A DNA stretch of 64,000 nt from an uncultured Gemmatimonadales bacterium (GTDB lineage: Bacteria > Gemmatimonadota > Gemmatimonadetes > Gemmatimonadales > GWC2-71-9): the NCBI GenBank assembly GCA_963739455.1, contig CAVUAK010000002.1, forward strand, positions 128,001 through 192,000. Direction: 5' to 3'. Numbering within the stretch: the first letter of the stretch is position 1; each line of letters starts with the position of its first letter. Below the pieces are notes generated by a model. That model saw nothing but the letters and a program-made list of their open reading frames with translations, was not told the origin of the DNA and made no database searches. The position numbers were made by a program, and so were the translations under genes. Shown piece after piece: positions 43,130 through 53,638 of this stretch.

Positions 43130-44748
43130 GACCGGCGGTATCGCAGCGGGTTCTGGAACAGGTGGCTCGGCAACAGGAAGATGACCAGGAACATGCCGAA
43201 CGACACCGTCAAGCCGACCAGCAGCACCTCGAGGCGCCGGCTCACCGCCCAGATCACGACACTCACCAGTCCGAAGGTGAACGCGAAAAAGGCCAGCAGC
43301 GCGCGCCGCACCTGCTGGGCCAGGAACCGTTGCAGCTCGAGGGTGTCCCGCGGATGCCAGCGCACCCGGAACTCTTCCCGCTCCACCCGCCGCAGCAGTT
43401 CCCGCAGCGAGCGCATCGCGGTCGAGAGTTCGGTGCCCCAGTCGGCCAGGCGCGCGCGCGCCTCGCCCGCCGCGCCTCCCAGCAGTCGCGCGGCGAAGTG
43501 CGTCACCACCGGCTTCGCCACACCCGCCACGTTGAAGTTCGGGTCGTACCGGAGCGCCACGCCCTCCACCAGTACCGCGGCACGGCCGAAGTAGACCAGG
43601 TCGCTCGGCAACATCAGCGGCCAGTCGTAAAAGGTGTGCAGCACCTCTTCCACCACCTGCTGGATGTGCTTCGGCGTCGCATCGTCACGCTGCACGGCGG
43701 TCATAAGATGCCGTGCGGCGTCCTGTACCGTGCCACGGTCCACGTCGGGATCGAGGATGCCCAGCGCATAGAACCCGTTGATGACCCCATCCACGTCCTG
43801 CCGTGCCACCGCGAGCACCGTCTGGATCAGCCGGGTGCGCAGCTCCTGCTCCACCCGTACCACCATCCCGAAATCGAGCAGCACCAGCCGCCCTGACGGG
43901 TCGATGAGCAGGTTCCCGGGGTGCGGGTCCGCGTGCACGAACCCGTCCTCCAGCATCATCTTGAGGTACACCTCGACCAGCGTGCCCATCAGCGTGTCGA
44001 GATTGAGCTCGCCCGAGGCGAGGCGCTCGTGCAGCCGATCGACCCGCGTCCCCTCGACATACTCCAGCACCAGCACCCGGCGGCGCGTGAATGCCGTCAC
44101 CACTTCCGGCACCACCACCCTCGGCTCGGCGGCGAAGTTGCGCCGCATCGTCTCCGCGTTCCGCGCCTCATCGCGGAAATCCAGCTCATCGCCGATGCGC
44201 TTGGCGAATTCGCTCACGATCGCCGAGAGCGCGCGCATGTGATGGTTGGGGAACAGCAGGTTCAGCACGAACAGCATGCGGAAGGAGATGTCGAGGTCGC
44301 GCCGGACCATTGCCTCCGCGCCCGGCCGCAGCACCTTCACCACCACCTCGCGCCCGGCGTAGCGTGCCCGGTGCACCTGTCCCAGCGACGCGGCGGCGAG
44401 CGGCACAGGGTCGAACGCCTCGAAATGACTCGCCACGGTGCCGCCCAGCTCTTCCTGCACCACACGCTCCGCCACACCCGGCGCCAGCGGCGGGACCTGG
44501 TCGGTGAGCCGCATCATCGCGGCCAGGTACGGTGCAGGCAGCAGGTCGGCGCGCGCAGCGAAGACCTGTCCCAGCTTGATGAAGGTGGGACCTAGCGCCG
44601 CGAGGGTGTCGACCAGCCGGTTGGCGCGACGCTCATGCTCCTCGGGCGTGCGACGGGCCGGAGCGCCCACCACGATCCAGCGTCGCCGATCGCGCAGGAA
44701 CGCGATGACGAAGGGTGAGAGCCGGCCGACAATGACTACCGGTCGCAT
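43114..44748 (-). CDS. AarF/UbiB/ABC1 atypical kinase
   Basis: LGPTFIKLGQ, AAASLGQVH, VVVKVLRP, HADPHPGN, LLDFGMV; two C-terminal TM segments. Confidence 0.92.
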   Translation of the reverse strand: MRPVVIVGRLSPFVIAFLRDRRRWIVVGAPARRTPEEHERRANRLVDTLAALGPTFIKLGQVFAARADLLPAPYLAAMMRLTDQVPPLAPGVAERVVQEELGGTVASHFEAFDPVPLAAASLGQVHRARYAGREVVVKVLRPGAEAMVRRDLDISFRMLFVLNLLFPNHHMRALSAIVSEFAKRIGDELDFRDEARNAETMRRNFAAEPRVVVPEVVTAFTRRRVLVLEYVEGTRVDRLHERLASGELNLDTLMGTLVEVYLKMMLEDGFVHADPHPGNLLIDPSGRLVLLDFGMVVRVEQELRTRLIQTVLAVARQDVDGVINGFYALGILDPDVDRGTVQDAARHLMTAVQRDDATPKHIQQVVEEVLHTFYDWPLMLPSDLVYFGRAAVLVEGVALRYDPNFNVAGVAKPVVTHFAARLLGGAAGEARARLADWGTELSTAMRSLRELLRRVEREEFRVRWHPRDTLELQRFLAQQVRRALLAFFAFTFGLVSVVIWAVSRRLEVLLVGLTVSFGMFLVIFLLPSHLFQNPLRYRRSWPER

Positions 44749-46106
44749 CAGATGAGGAGCGCGCTGGCGAGACCGAGGAGAAGCGAGAAGCCGCACACGT
44801 CGGTGAACGTGGTGACGAAGATCGAGGAGGCGATGGCCGGGTCGACCCCGATCCGCTCGAGCAGGATCGGGATGAAGGCACCGGCAAAGCCGGCCACGAA
44901 GAGGTTGACGCTCATGGCGAGGAACACCACGATGCCGAGCTTGGCGCCGTGTCCCAGCAGGAGCGCCACGATGCAGACGATGGTGCCGATGACGAGGCCG
45001 TTGACCAGGCCGGCGGTCATCTCTTTCGCCACCACCCGGAACGCCTGGTCGCGCGGGATCACGCCGACGGCGAGGCCACGCACAGTAACGGCGAGTGCCT
45101 GGGTGCCGGCATTGCCGCCCATGCCGGCCACGATCGGCATGTACGCTGCCAGCAGGACGATCCGCGAAATCACGTCCTGCCGGGAGAGCACCACGGCACC
45201 CGCGACGAAGGCCGTCGCGAGGTTCACGATGAGCCACGGAAGGCGGCTCTTCACTGCGGCTTGCCAGTCGCCCTTCAGTTCCTCGCCGGCCGAGACACCA
45301 CCGAAGCGCAGGATGTCCTCGGTGTTCTCGGCTTCCACCACGTCGGACACGTCGTCGAAGGTGACACAGCCCAGCAGCCGGCCCTCCTGGTCCACGACGG
45401 GAACGTTGGGCAGGTTGTAGCGCGCCATCACCCGCGCGACCTCTTCCTGGTCTTCCTCGGGACCCACCGTCACCACCGGTGGCTCCATGATCTCGCGCAC
45501 CGGGCGCCAGGCGGGGCTGATCGCCAGCGCCCGGAACGAGAGCACCCCCACCAGCCGGCGCCGTGCATCCACGACAAAGACCTCGTAGAAGTCCTCCACC
45601 TCCTCGGTCTGCCGCCGCACCTCGTCCAGCGCCTCGCTCACTGTCACCGTGTCCCTGACGGTAACAAGGCGCGTGGTCATCAGTCCGCCGGCGCTCTCCG
45701 CGTCGTAGACCAGCAGCTTCTCGACCTCGGCGCGCCCGACATCCTCGACCTCGCTGAGGATGCGTTCCTGCTCCGCCGGCGCGAGGTCGCCCAGGATGTC
45801 GGCGGCATCGTCGTCGGCCAGCTCCTCGACAATGTCCGCGGCCTGCTCCGGGTCGAGAGCGGCCAGCGTCTCACCGGCATGCTCCTCGTCGGGCATCTCG
45901 ATGAGGGCCTGGCTCGAGATCTCCGCCGGCAGGGCCTGCACCGCCGTGACCCGCTCATCGTCCTCGAGCGCCGCGAGCACGTCCGCGAGGTCGGCGGGCT
46001 CCAGTTCCGCGGCGCGCTCGGCAAACCGCTCCAGCTGGCCATCGCGCACCAGCGCGACGAGCTCGCTTACGAGTCCCTCGCGCTCGCGCTCGGCGACATC
46101 GCTCAC
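44748..46106 (-). CDS. mgtE: Magnesium transporter MgtE
   Basis: Acidic N-domain, SAGGLMT CBS pair, RLPWL, GMGGNAGTQ, DPAIASS.FVTTFTD. Confidence 0.95.
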   Translation of the reverse strand: MSDVAEREREGLVSELVALVRDGQLERFAERAAELEPADLADVLAALEDDERVTAVQALPAEISSQALIEMPDEEHAGETLAALDPEQAADIVEELADDDAADILGDLAPAEQERILSEVEDVGRAEVEKLLVYDAESAGGLMTTRLVTVRDTVTVSEALDEVRRQTEEVEDFYEVFVVDARRRLVGVLSFRALAISPAWRPVREIMEPPVVTVGPEEDQEEVARVMARYNLPNVPVVDQEGRLLGCVTFDDVSDVVEAENTEDILRFGGVSAGEELKGDWQAAVKSRLPWLIVNLATAFVAGAVVLSRQDVISRIVLLAAYMPIVAGMGGNAGTQALAVTVRGLAVGVIPRDQAFRVVAKEMTAGLVNGLVIGTIVCIVALLLGHGAKLGIVVFLAMSVNLFVAGFAGAFIPILLERIGVDPAIASSIFVTTFTDVCGFSLLLGLASALLI

Positions 46107-47293
46107 GTGGTGCGTCCCGCGAGCGCGGTCGCGGGGGGCGGCGTGGTACGGATGAGGATCCGCTCGACACGGGTTGGCGATGCCTGCACCACGTCGAGTT
46201 CGAGCCCCCCCATGACGAACCGCTCGCCCGGCCCGGGAATGCGGCCCGCCAGTTCCACGAGCAAGCCACCGATCGACGCCGACCGGCCCGGTGGGAGGCG
46301 CGCCTCGAAGCGTGCCTCGATCGCCTCCCGCGACGCGCTGCCATCTGTCTCGAACACCCCCGGCCCGGTGCCGGTCGCCGTGGCGGGCTCGTCGTCGTCC
46401 ACGATCTCGCCCACGATGGACTCGAGCAGGTCGTCGAGCGTCACGATGCCGGCGGTGCCGCCGTACTCGTCGAGCACGACCGCCATCAGGCGCCGCTCGC
46501 GCTGCATGTCGATGAGGAGGTCGCCACAGGCGCGGCTCGCCGGCGCCATCGCCACAGGCCGGATCGGCAGCGGCGAGCCCTGCTGTACCCGGAACAGGTC
46601 GAAGGCGTGGAGCATCCCGACGATTTCGTCGAGCGTGCCGCGGTACACCGGGCAGCCGGCTGTAGCCGCTCTGCGAGAATGCCTGGCTGATCTCCGCCTT
46701 CGTGGCATCCTCCGCAATGGCGACGATGTCGGTGCGCGGCGTCATGACCTCACGCACCGGGCGCTCGGCGAAGGTGAGCACGCCGCCCACGAGTTCCAGT
46801 TCGCCGGACGCATCAGGATCGACAGCGGCGCCCCCGCGCAGGATCGCGCGGAACCGCGACTCCGCACCGGGACCATCCGCCGGCAGCAGCAGCGCGAGCA
46901 GCGCAGACCAGGGTCGCAGCACCGGCAGCGTGACACGAAGCGCCTGCTCCGCTCGCCGTGTCGCGAACAGCCGTGGCAGCAGGTAGCCGCCTACCACGAC
47001 AGCGGGAATGCCGACGAATACCAGCACGAGGAGTGACGTCAGCCGCCCGCCGCCCGCCGAGCAGGCCGACCAGCGCCGCCCCCAGCAGCAGGACGCCGAG
47101 AGACGTCGTGGACGAGGCGGCGATCAGGAGCCGCTCCACTTCCGCGAGGCGCGCCAGCCGGCATGCTGCCGCCGCGCAGTTGCGTCGAGGCGAACCGGGC
47201 CAGCTCTGCCCGGCTGGTCGCGATGAGCGCGCTGCCCGCCGTGGCGCCGAGCGTGGTCAGGAGGAGGCCGAACACGAAGACGGTCCAGGTCAT
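46103..47293 (-). CDS. CNNM/CorB-HlyC family CBS-domain protein, several indels
   Basis: N-terminal TM segments, [36 protein letters not shown], CorC-like tail. Confidence 0.85.
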
Positions 47294-48470
47294 CGCTCCA
47301 CCTCCACCGATGTCGACGGCTCCAGCCGCCGAACCGTGAGGCGACGAATGCGGCGCCGCGCCACCTGGTCCACGGTGAACTCGTACCCGTCGACGGTGAC
47401 CCGTTCGCCCTGGCGCGGCACCCGGCCGAACTCGGCCAGCACCAGGCCGCCGGCGGTGCTCACGTCCTCACGCACGAACTGGTGTCCCAGCCATCCCTCG
47501 AGCTCGGTGAGGCCCACGCCACCCAGCACGCGCCAGCCCGTCTCATCAAGTTGCAGCACCGGCGCCACCTCGTCGGTGTCGTGCTCGTCCTGGATCTCGC
47601 CGACGATCTGTTCGAGGATGTCCTCGAGCGTCACGATGCCCGCCGTGCCGCCAAACTCGTCGACCACGACTGCGAGGTGACCCGGCCCGCGCTTGAAGTC
47701 GCGCAGCTGGCGGTCGAGCGTCTTGCCCTCCGGCACGATACGCCGCCGGACGGATCAGGGCAGTCCACTGGCCTGGCGCCGCGTGGCTGTCGAGCGCGTT
47801 CAGCATGTCCTTGGCATAGAGCACGCCGGCGATGTTGTCGGGATGCCCATCGTAGACGATGAGGCGGGCGTGCTCGGAGCTTCGCAGGAGCTCGAGGACC
47901 TCATCGCGCTCCATCGAGACATCCACGGCGATGATGTCGATGCGCGGTGTCATGACCTCGGCAACGATGGTCTCGGCGAGAGCGAAGACACCACCCAGCA
48001 TTTCCCGCTCGAGGTGCCCACCACCCTCCTGCCCGCCGAAGCTCAGCCGCACGCTGCGCTCGACCCACCCGACCATGCGGAAGAGCGGCTGGAACGGAAT
48101 CAGCGTGCGGAGTGCGAGGCGCTGTACCGGGCGCGCCACTTCGGGCGCAATCGACGCCACGAGACGGGGCAGGAGGTCGGCCACCACCCAGACGAGGCCG
48201 ACGGCCGCGAGGAGCCGGGCGAGCGCCGGTCATTGGCGGATAGGTCCACCAGGCAACCGCGCCACCGGCCATGGCGCCCGCCAGGACGACGAGCACCAGG
48301 TGCGCGAGGTGGAGGCTGCGCTCGAGCCGGAGCGGGCCGTCCTGCTCCATGCGCGCCGCGAAGAGCCGGGGCAGTTCCGCCTCGGACTCCGCAGCGAGCG
48401 CCAGCCACGCGGCCCAGAGCGTGAACACGCCGGCGAGCAGCGGGGCCAGGAAGAGTTGCAGTGCCGCCAT
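47290..48470 (-). CDS. CNNM/CorB-HlyC family CBS-domain protein, several indels
   Basis: [49 protein letters not shown]. Confidence 0.85.
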
Positions 48471-48901
48471 CAGCCGAACCGTCTTCACGTAGCGCTCCTG
48501 CCGCCGCCACATGGGCGAGCGGGTGCGGTGATCGCCATCGGGATGATCGTAGCCGAGCACGTGCAGGGTCCCATGAATCACGAGGCGCACGAGCTCCTGC
48601 CGGAGGGGAACACCGTGCCGTCGCGCATTGCGCGCTGCGATCGCACGGCAGACGTAGACGTCACCGGCCAGGCGCCGCGTCGGGGCCCGCGAGGCCGAAG
48701 CTGATGACGTCGGTGGGCCGGTCGTGGCCCAGGTATTCGCTGGTTGAGCCGGCGCATGGACACCGCGCCGAGGAACGTGACGGAGATGTCGGCATCCCGG
48801 CGCTCCGCGCGCAGCACGCCGCGAACCGCGCGCCGCACGGTGACCGCGCCGAGGGCGGGACGCCGGCCCGACACGTGCACGTCACCCTGGCCGCGCGGCA
48901 T
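48470..48901 (-). CDS. ybeY: rRNA maturation endoribonuclease YbeY, indels
   Basis: [23 protein letters not shown]. Confidence 0.9.
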
Positions 48902-48913
48902 GACCGGCGTCCC

Positions 48914-49869
48914 TCAGCCGCTCTGGTCCTCGGCGTAGGCGCGGATGATCTCGCGCACCAGCCGGTGCCGGACCACGTCGCTCTCGTTCAGGTAGCAGAA
49001 GGCGATCCCGTCGATGCCCGGGCAGGATCCGCTCGATCTGGATCAGGCCCGAGTCCTCGCGGTGCGGCAGGTCGATCTGGGTCTTGTCACCGGTCACGAC
49101 GGTGCGGCTGTTCACGCCGAGGCGGGTGAGGAACATCTTCATCTGGGCGCCGGTGGCGTTCTGCGCTTCGTCCAGGATGATGAAGGCGTCGGACAGCGTG
49201 CGGCCGCGCATGTAGGCGAGCGGCGCGATCTCGATGGTGCGGCTCTCGAGCGCCCTCTGCACCCGGTCGGCGGCATCATGTCCTCGAGCGCGTCGTACAG
49301 CGGGCGGAGATACGGATCCACCTTGGCCTGCAGGTCGCCGGGCAGGAAGCCGAGCGACTCACCGGCCTCGACGGCGGGACGCGCCAGGATGATGCGCTTG
49401 ACCCGCTTCCGCGCCAGCGCCTCGACCGCCTTCGCCACGGCCAGGTAGGTCTTGCCGGTGCCGGCCGGACCGATGCCGATCACGATGTCGTGCTTCTGCG
49501 ATCGTGTGCAGGTAGTCGCGCTGGCCCGGCGTCTTGGGCATGATGACCCGCCGCATGCCCGGCAGCACGATGCGTCCATCGGCCCGCTGGCCACGAGCTC
49601 CGGCGGCACGCCCTCGGACGCCAGCCGCTGCACGTCCTCCGGCGTCGACCGTCTCGCCCATCCGGGCCAGGTCGATCATGCCCCTGCACCACCGGCGTCG
49701 CGCGCTCGAGCTGCTCGACGGTGCCGCCGAGCGTCAGCGTGTCGCCGCGGAACGAGACCCGCACGCCGAGCGACCGCTGCAGCTCGAGCAGGTTGGCGTC
49801 ATTCACGCCGCCGAGCAGCAGCGGATCGGCGCCTTCGGTGGAGAGCTGGTTCGATGAATCGTCGGTCAT
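48914..49869 (-). CDS. phoH: PhoH-like ATPase (YbeZ), indels
   Basis: [54 protein letters not shown]. Confidence 0.93.
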
Positions 49870-49875
49870 GAGCGT

Positions 49876-49907
49876 CCCAGTTCCCTGTTCACCTGTTCCC
49901 TGCTCCC
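49876..49907. repeat. Imperfect tandem heptamer repeat (CCCTGTT) at the aspS-phoH junction
   Basis: cccagtt ccctgtt cacctgtt ccctgct ccc. Confidence 0.6.
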
Positions 49908-49910
49908 GCT

Positions 49911-51722
49911 TCAACTGAAGGTGCAGCGCAGCCAGTTCCGCTCCGTCGACCGGCGTCGGCGCTCCCTCGAACAGGGCCCGGGCCGCCGTGGTCTTGGGAA
50001 AGGCGATCACGTCGCGCAGCGATGGTGGCGCCGGCGAGCAGCATCGCGATCCGGTCGAAGCCGAGGGCGAAGCCGCCGTGCGGTGGCGCGCCCGCCGGCC
50101 AGGCCGTCGAGCAGGAAGCCGAAGCGCCGGCGGATCTCCTCCGGGCCGATGCCCGAGCAGGCCGAAGATCTTCTGCTGCAGCGCGGGATCGGTGATGCGG
50201 ATCGAGCCGCTGCCCAGCTCGTTGCCGTTGTACACCGCGTCGTAGTGCAGCGCACGGCACCGGACACGGGTCGCTGTCGAGGAACGGCAGGTCCTCCGGG
50301 ATGCGGCGACGTGAACGGATGGTGCACGAAGATCCGCTCCCCGGTCACCGGGTCCTTCTCGAACAGCGGGAAGTCCACGATCCAGCAGAAGGCGTGCGCC
50401 GTCAGACGGCGTGACGCCGGGTCGGCGCGTCAGCAGCGTCCGCACGGCGTGCAGCGCCGGCGACGTCACCGCGTCCGCCCCGGGCACCGCGAGCAGCAGG
50501 TCACCGTCGGCGCCGCCGATCTTCGCCAGCGTCTCGGCGCCGATCGCCTTGACGCCCTGCCCTTCCCAGGCACCGTTCGCGCGGCGCGCCCAGATGAGCC
50601 CGCCGGCCCCCGCCTCCTTGGCCGCTGCGGTCAGGCCGTCGATTTCCTTGCGCGACGCGCTGGCGGCGCCGCCCGCCAGGATTCCGCGCACCCGTCCGCC
50701 GGCTTCGACAGCGCTTCGTGCACGAAGGGCGCCGCATCGGGCTGCACCAGCGAGGTGAGGTCGCTGAATCTCGAAGCCGAAGCGCAGGTCGGGCTTGTCG
50801 ATGCCGTACCGCTCCATCGCCTCGCGATACGACATGCGGCGGAACGGCGCCGACACCTCCTCGCCCGCCTCGTCCCACAGTCCCGACCAGCACCTGCTCG
50901 ATGAACCGCCTGCACATCCTCCTGGCTCACGAACGACGCCTCGATGTCGATCTGGGTGAACTCGGGCTGGCGGTCGGCGCGAAGGTCCTCGTCGCGGAAG
51001 CAGCGCGCGATCTGGAAGTAGCGGTCGTAGCCCGCCACCATCAGCAGCTGCTTGTAGATCTGCGGCGACTGCGGCAGCGCGTAGAACTCGCCCGCGTGCA
51101 CCCGGCTCGGCACGAGGTAGTCGCGCGCGCCCTCGGGGGTCGGCTTGGTGAGGATCGGCGTCTCGATCTCGAGGAAGCCGAGATCGCTCAGCGTGCGCCG
51201 GGCCCGCTGCACCAGCCGGTGGCGCAGCATCAGATGCTCGCCTGCAGCTCGGGACGGCGGAGGTCGAGCACCCGGTGCTTGAGCCGCAGTTCCTCGCCAG
51301 GCGAGTTCCTCGCCCTCCTTCCGCGCCACCGGAATCGCCGGCGTTACGGCCGGGCCGACCACGTCGAAGGTCGGTGACGTGCACCTCGATCTCGCGCGTG
51401 GCCAGCGTGGTGTCGCGCGCCATTTCCGGGCGCAACGCCGACCGTGCCCTCGACCAGCACGACCGACTCCGTTCCCGCCGCTGCCGCGCGAGCCATCACC
51501 TCGGCCGACTGTCCAGCGCGGATCGCAGGACAGCTGCACGATGCCGGCGCGGTCGCGCAGGTCGATGAAGACCAGTCCGCCCAGGTCGCGGCGACGGTGG
51601 ACCCAGCCGCCAAGCCGCACCGTCTCGCCCACCTGGTCGCGCCCCAGCTCACCACAGCGATGCGTGCGCATCGCCGTGGCGGCGGATGGGTCAGCCACCA
51701 TCGAATCGGTCACATGTGTCAT
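49911..51722 (-). CDS. aspS: Aspartate-tRNA ligase, many indels; exact stop uncertain
   Basis: [87 protein letters not shown]. Confidence 0.96.
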
Positions 51723-51776
51723 GGCCCAAACGTAACTCAGATCACGAGTTACGGCTACGGGCGCCGGAAGCGCATC

Positions 51777-52535
51777 TCAGCGCGAGAGATGAGCGAGGGC
51801 CTCCCGCAGCGGCTCGCTCGAAATGCGGACGAATCCGATGAAGGGTCGGCTGAGTTCGAGGATGAGAAATGTGGCGCCCGCCACCGACAGGGCGGCAGCG
51901 ACGAGGGCCGCGTTGCTCGTACCATTCGGTGGAGCGAAGATACCGAGGCTCACGAATATCATGGCCATCCAGAAGACCACAATCAGCAGGATGGCGCGCG
52001 AAATCGTGGCCTTCGATTGCTCGGCGATCAGCCAGCGGATCTGGCCAAGGGTGCTGGTGAGTGCCACCGCCTGCGCCTTGAGAGCCCGCTGTTCGTCCGT
52101 ACCTGGGGCCAGGGCATGGACCGCGCGCGGAAGTCGGCGGGCCCAATCCGGGCTTGTATCAAGCGCTACCCCGGCGACCGTCTCGCCCGGCCACCCGTGA
52201 AGCAGCGCCTGCTCTACCGAGTATCGGAGCGCGGCCCGGACGGGGGCCGCGTCCGGCCCATAGTCAGTGAGCACGCCGTCGAGGAACTTGGTCTGCGCCA
52301 CCGCCTCGGTCACTTCCTTGTGTTCATCATCCCACGTGGTCTTGGCAGCAGCCACCAGCAACCCCAGGACCAGTGCCGACATGGTGGCAACCATGCCCAT
52401 CGACACGCGCACCGTGTCCTTCGTTTCCGGGCTCAGGTGACGGTCTGGCAGCTTCGCGCGGAGCATGCGACCGACCGTCGCCGAGGCAACGAGACAGCCA
52501 AACACAATGCACCCGGTCACCAGCGGCGGCAGCAC
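51777..52535 (-). CDS. DUF4239/bestrophin-like membrane protein
   Basis: HLSPETKDTV..MGMVATMSALVLGLLVAAAK, LILELSRPF.G.VRISSEPL. Confidence 0.75.
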   Translation of the reverse strand: MLPPLVTGCIVFGCLVASATVGRMLRAKLPDRHLSPETKDTVRVSMGMVATMSALVLGLLVAAAKTTWDDEHKEVTEAVAQTKFLDGVLTDYGPDAAPVRAALRYSVEQALLHGWPGETVAGVALDTSPDWARRLPRAVHALAPGTDEQRALKAQAVALTSTLGQIRWLIAEQSKATISRAILLIVVFWMAMIFVSLGIFAPPNGTSNAALVAAALSVAGATFLILELSRPFIGFVRISSEPLREALAHLSR

Positions 52536-52536
52536 G

Positions 52537-53562
52537 CTACTTGTCGAAGGCGAAGATGCGCTTCCAGTCCTGCTTCATGCTGATGACGATCCATCCGCCC
52601 TTGGTCGCCTCGTCGTAGAGCGCCTGGGAAAATGCGCCGACATGTGTGTCGGGTAGCCCCTTCGCTGGCCCATAGGCGTACTCGCGCGCTGCATCATCGT
52701 GCAGCACCAGGAGGGAGAGTCGGGCCCCGTCCCCCGCGGCAGTGTACTCCAGCATCTGCTGGTCACCCGCCGTGTTGCCGAACGCGATATGGGGTCGCCG
52801 CCCGATCATCAGGTGAATCCCCTCGACCTTGCCGCCGTCATTGTCGTTCAGGACCATCTTCGGCTCCTTGGTCAGGAACGGCTTCCCGTCCTTGTCGTAG
52901 CCGAACTTCGTGGCCCCTGCCGTCCCCACCACCTGCTCCGGTGGAATGCCATACGTCTTCTCTGCGTAGACTCGCACGAAGTCCTGGCCACCCCCGGTGA
53001 CGATGTAGGTCTTGTATCCGTTCGCTCGCAGGTACTTGAGCACTTCCTGCATCGGCTGAAAGATCAGTTCGGTGTAGGGCCGCTTCCAGCGCGGATCGCG
53101 CGCCGTGGCCAACCAGCTGCGCACCTGATTGGTGAAAGAATCGACAGGCATTCCAGTAAGCGTGGCAACCGCGATCTTCTCCAGGTCCGGCAAGGTCAAT
53201 TTCGCCATCGCCGCACGGTCGCCTGACATCACGGTCTTGAAGGGCTCGACCCCGGCCAGTTCCGGCTTCGCCTTCACCACGGCCGGCACCCGCTCCAGGA
53301 TGTACATGAGCTGCGTGTACATCGGGTGCTCGACCCAGAGGGTGCCGTCCTGGTCGAACGTCGCGATGCGCTCCGGGACGGGCACGAACTTCGGGTTGCC
53401 CGGGGTCGTGGTCGCCTTCACGAATTCCACGATCGCCTTTTTCGCCGCACCCTCGTTCCAGGACGGCAGGGGATCCGATTGGGCTTGCACCACAGAGCTC
53501 AAGGCGACAACAGCAGCTCCGGCGAGGGCTCCAGTGGCTCTCAGCAAGGTGACTCTCATCAT
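52537..53562 (-). CDS. Secreted HAD-family hydrolase (acid-phosphatase-like)
   Basis: Signal peptide, DPLPSWN, FDQDGTLW.E.P, YIVTGGG, FGNTAGDQQML, ISMKQDW. Confidence 0.88.
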   Translation of the reverse strand: MMRVTLLRATGALAGAAVVALSSVVQAQSDPLPSWNEGAAKKAIVEFVKATTTPGNPKFVPVPERIATFDQDGTLWVEHPMYTQLMYILERVPAVVKAKPELAGVEPFKTVMSGDRAAMAKLTLPDLEKIAVATLTGMPVDSFTNQVRSWLATARDPRWKRPYTELIFQPMQEVLKYLRANGYKTYIVTGGGQDFVRVYAEKTYGIPPEQVVGTAGATKFGYDKDGKPFLTKEPKMVLNDNDGGKVEGIHLMIGRRPHIAFGNTAGDQQMLEYTAAGDGARLSLLVLHDDAAREYAYGPAKGLPDTHVGAFSQALYDEATKGGWIVISMKQDWKRIFAFDK

Positions 53563-53638
53563 TTGCCTCCTGAACGTGGAACGGACGGACGCCCACTACG
53601 GAGCGCCCGTCCATGGTCACCGGGATAGAACAACGGCG

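Noticed and set aside
44949..47036. Long antisense or alternate-frame ORFs (e.g. 44949-47036 +, 56681-58354 -, 54071-55507 +, 38144-39529 +)
   Set aside because: Shadow ORFs opposite well-supported genes, expected at about 70% GC; Arg/Ala/Pro-rich with no motifs.
47901..48590. Apparent YbeY-CBS protein fusion
   Set aside because: A TGATG stop/start overlap exists at 48468-48472 one frame away; likely a single-base error.
49480..51435. Apparent AspS-PhoH in-frame fusion
   Set aside because: It lies in the most indel-rich stretch and crosses a short tandem repeat; one indel would restore a normal stop or ATGA overlap.
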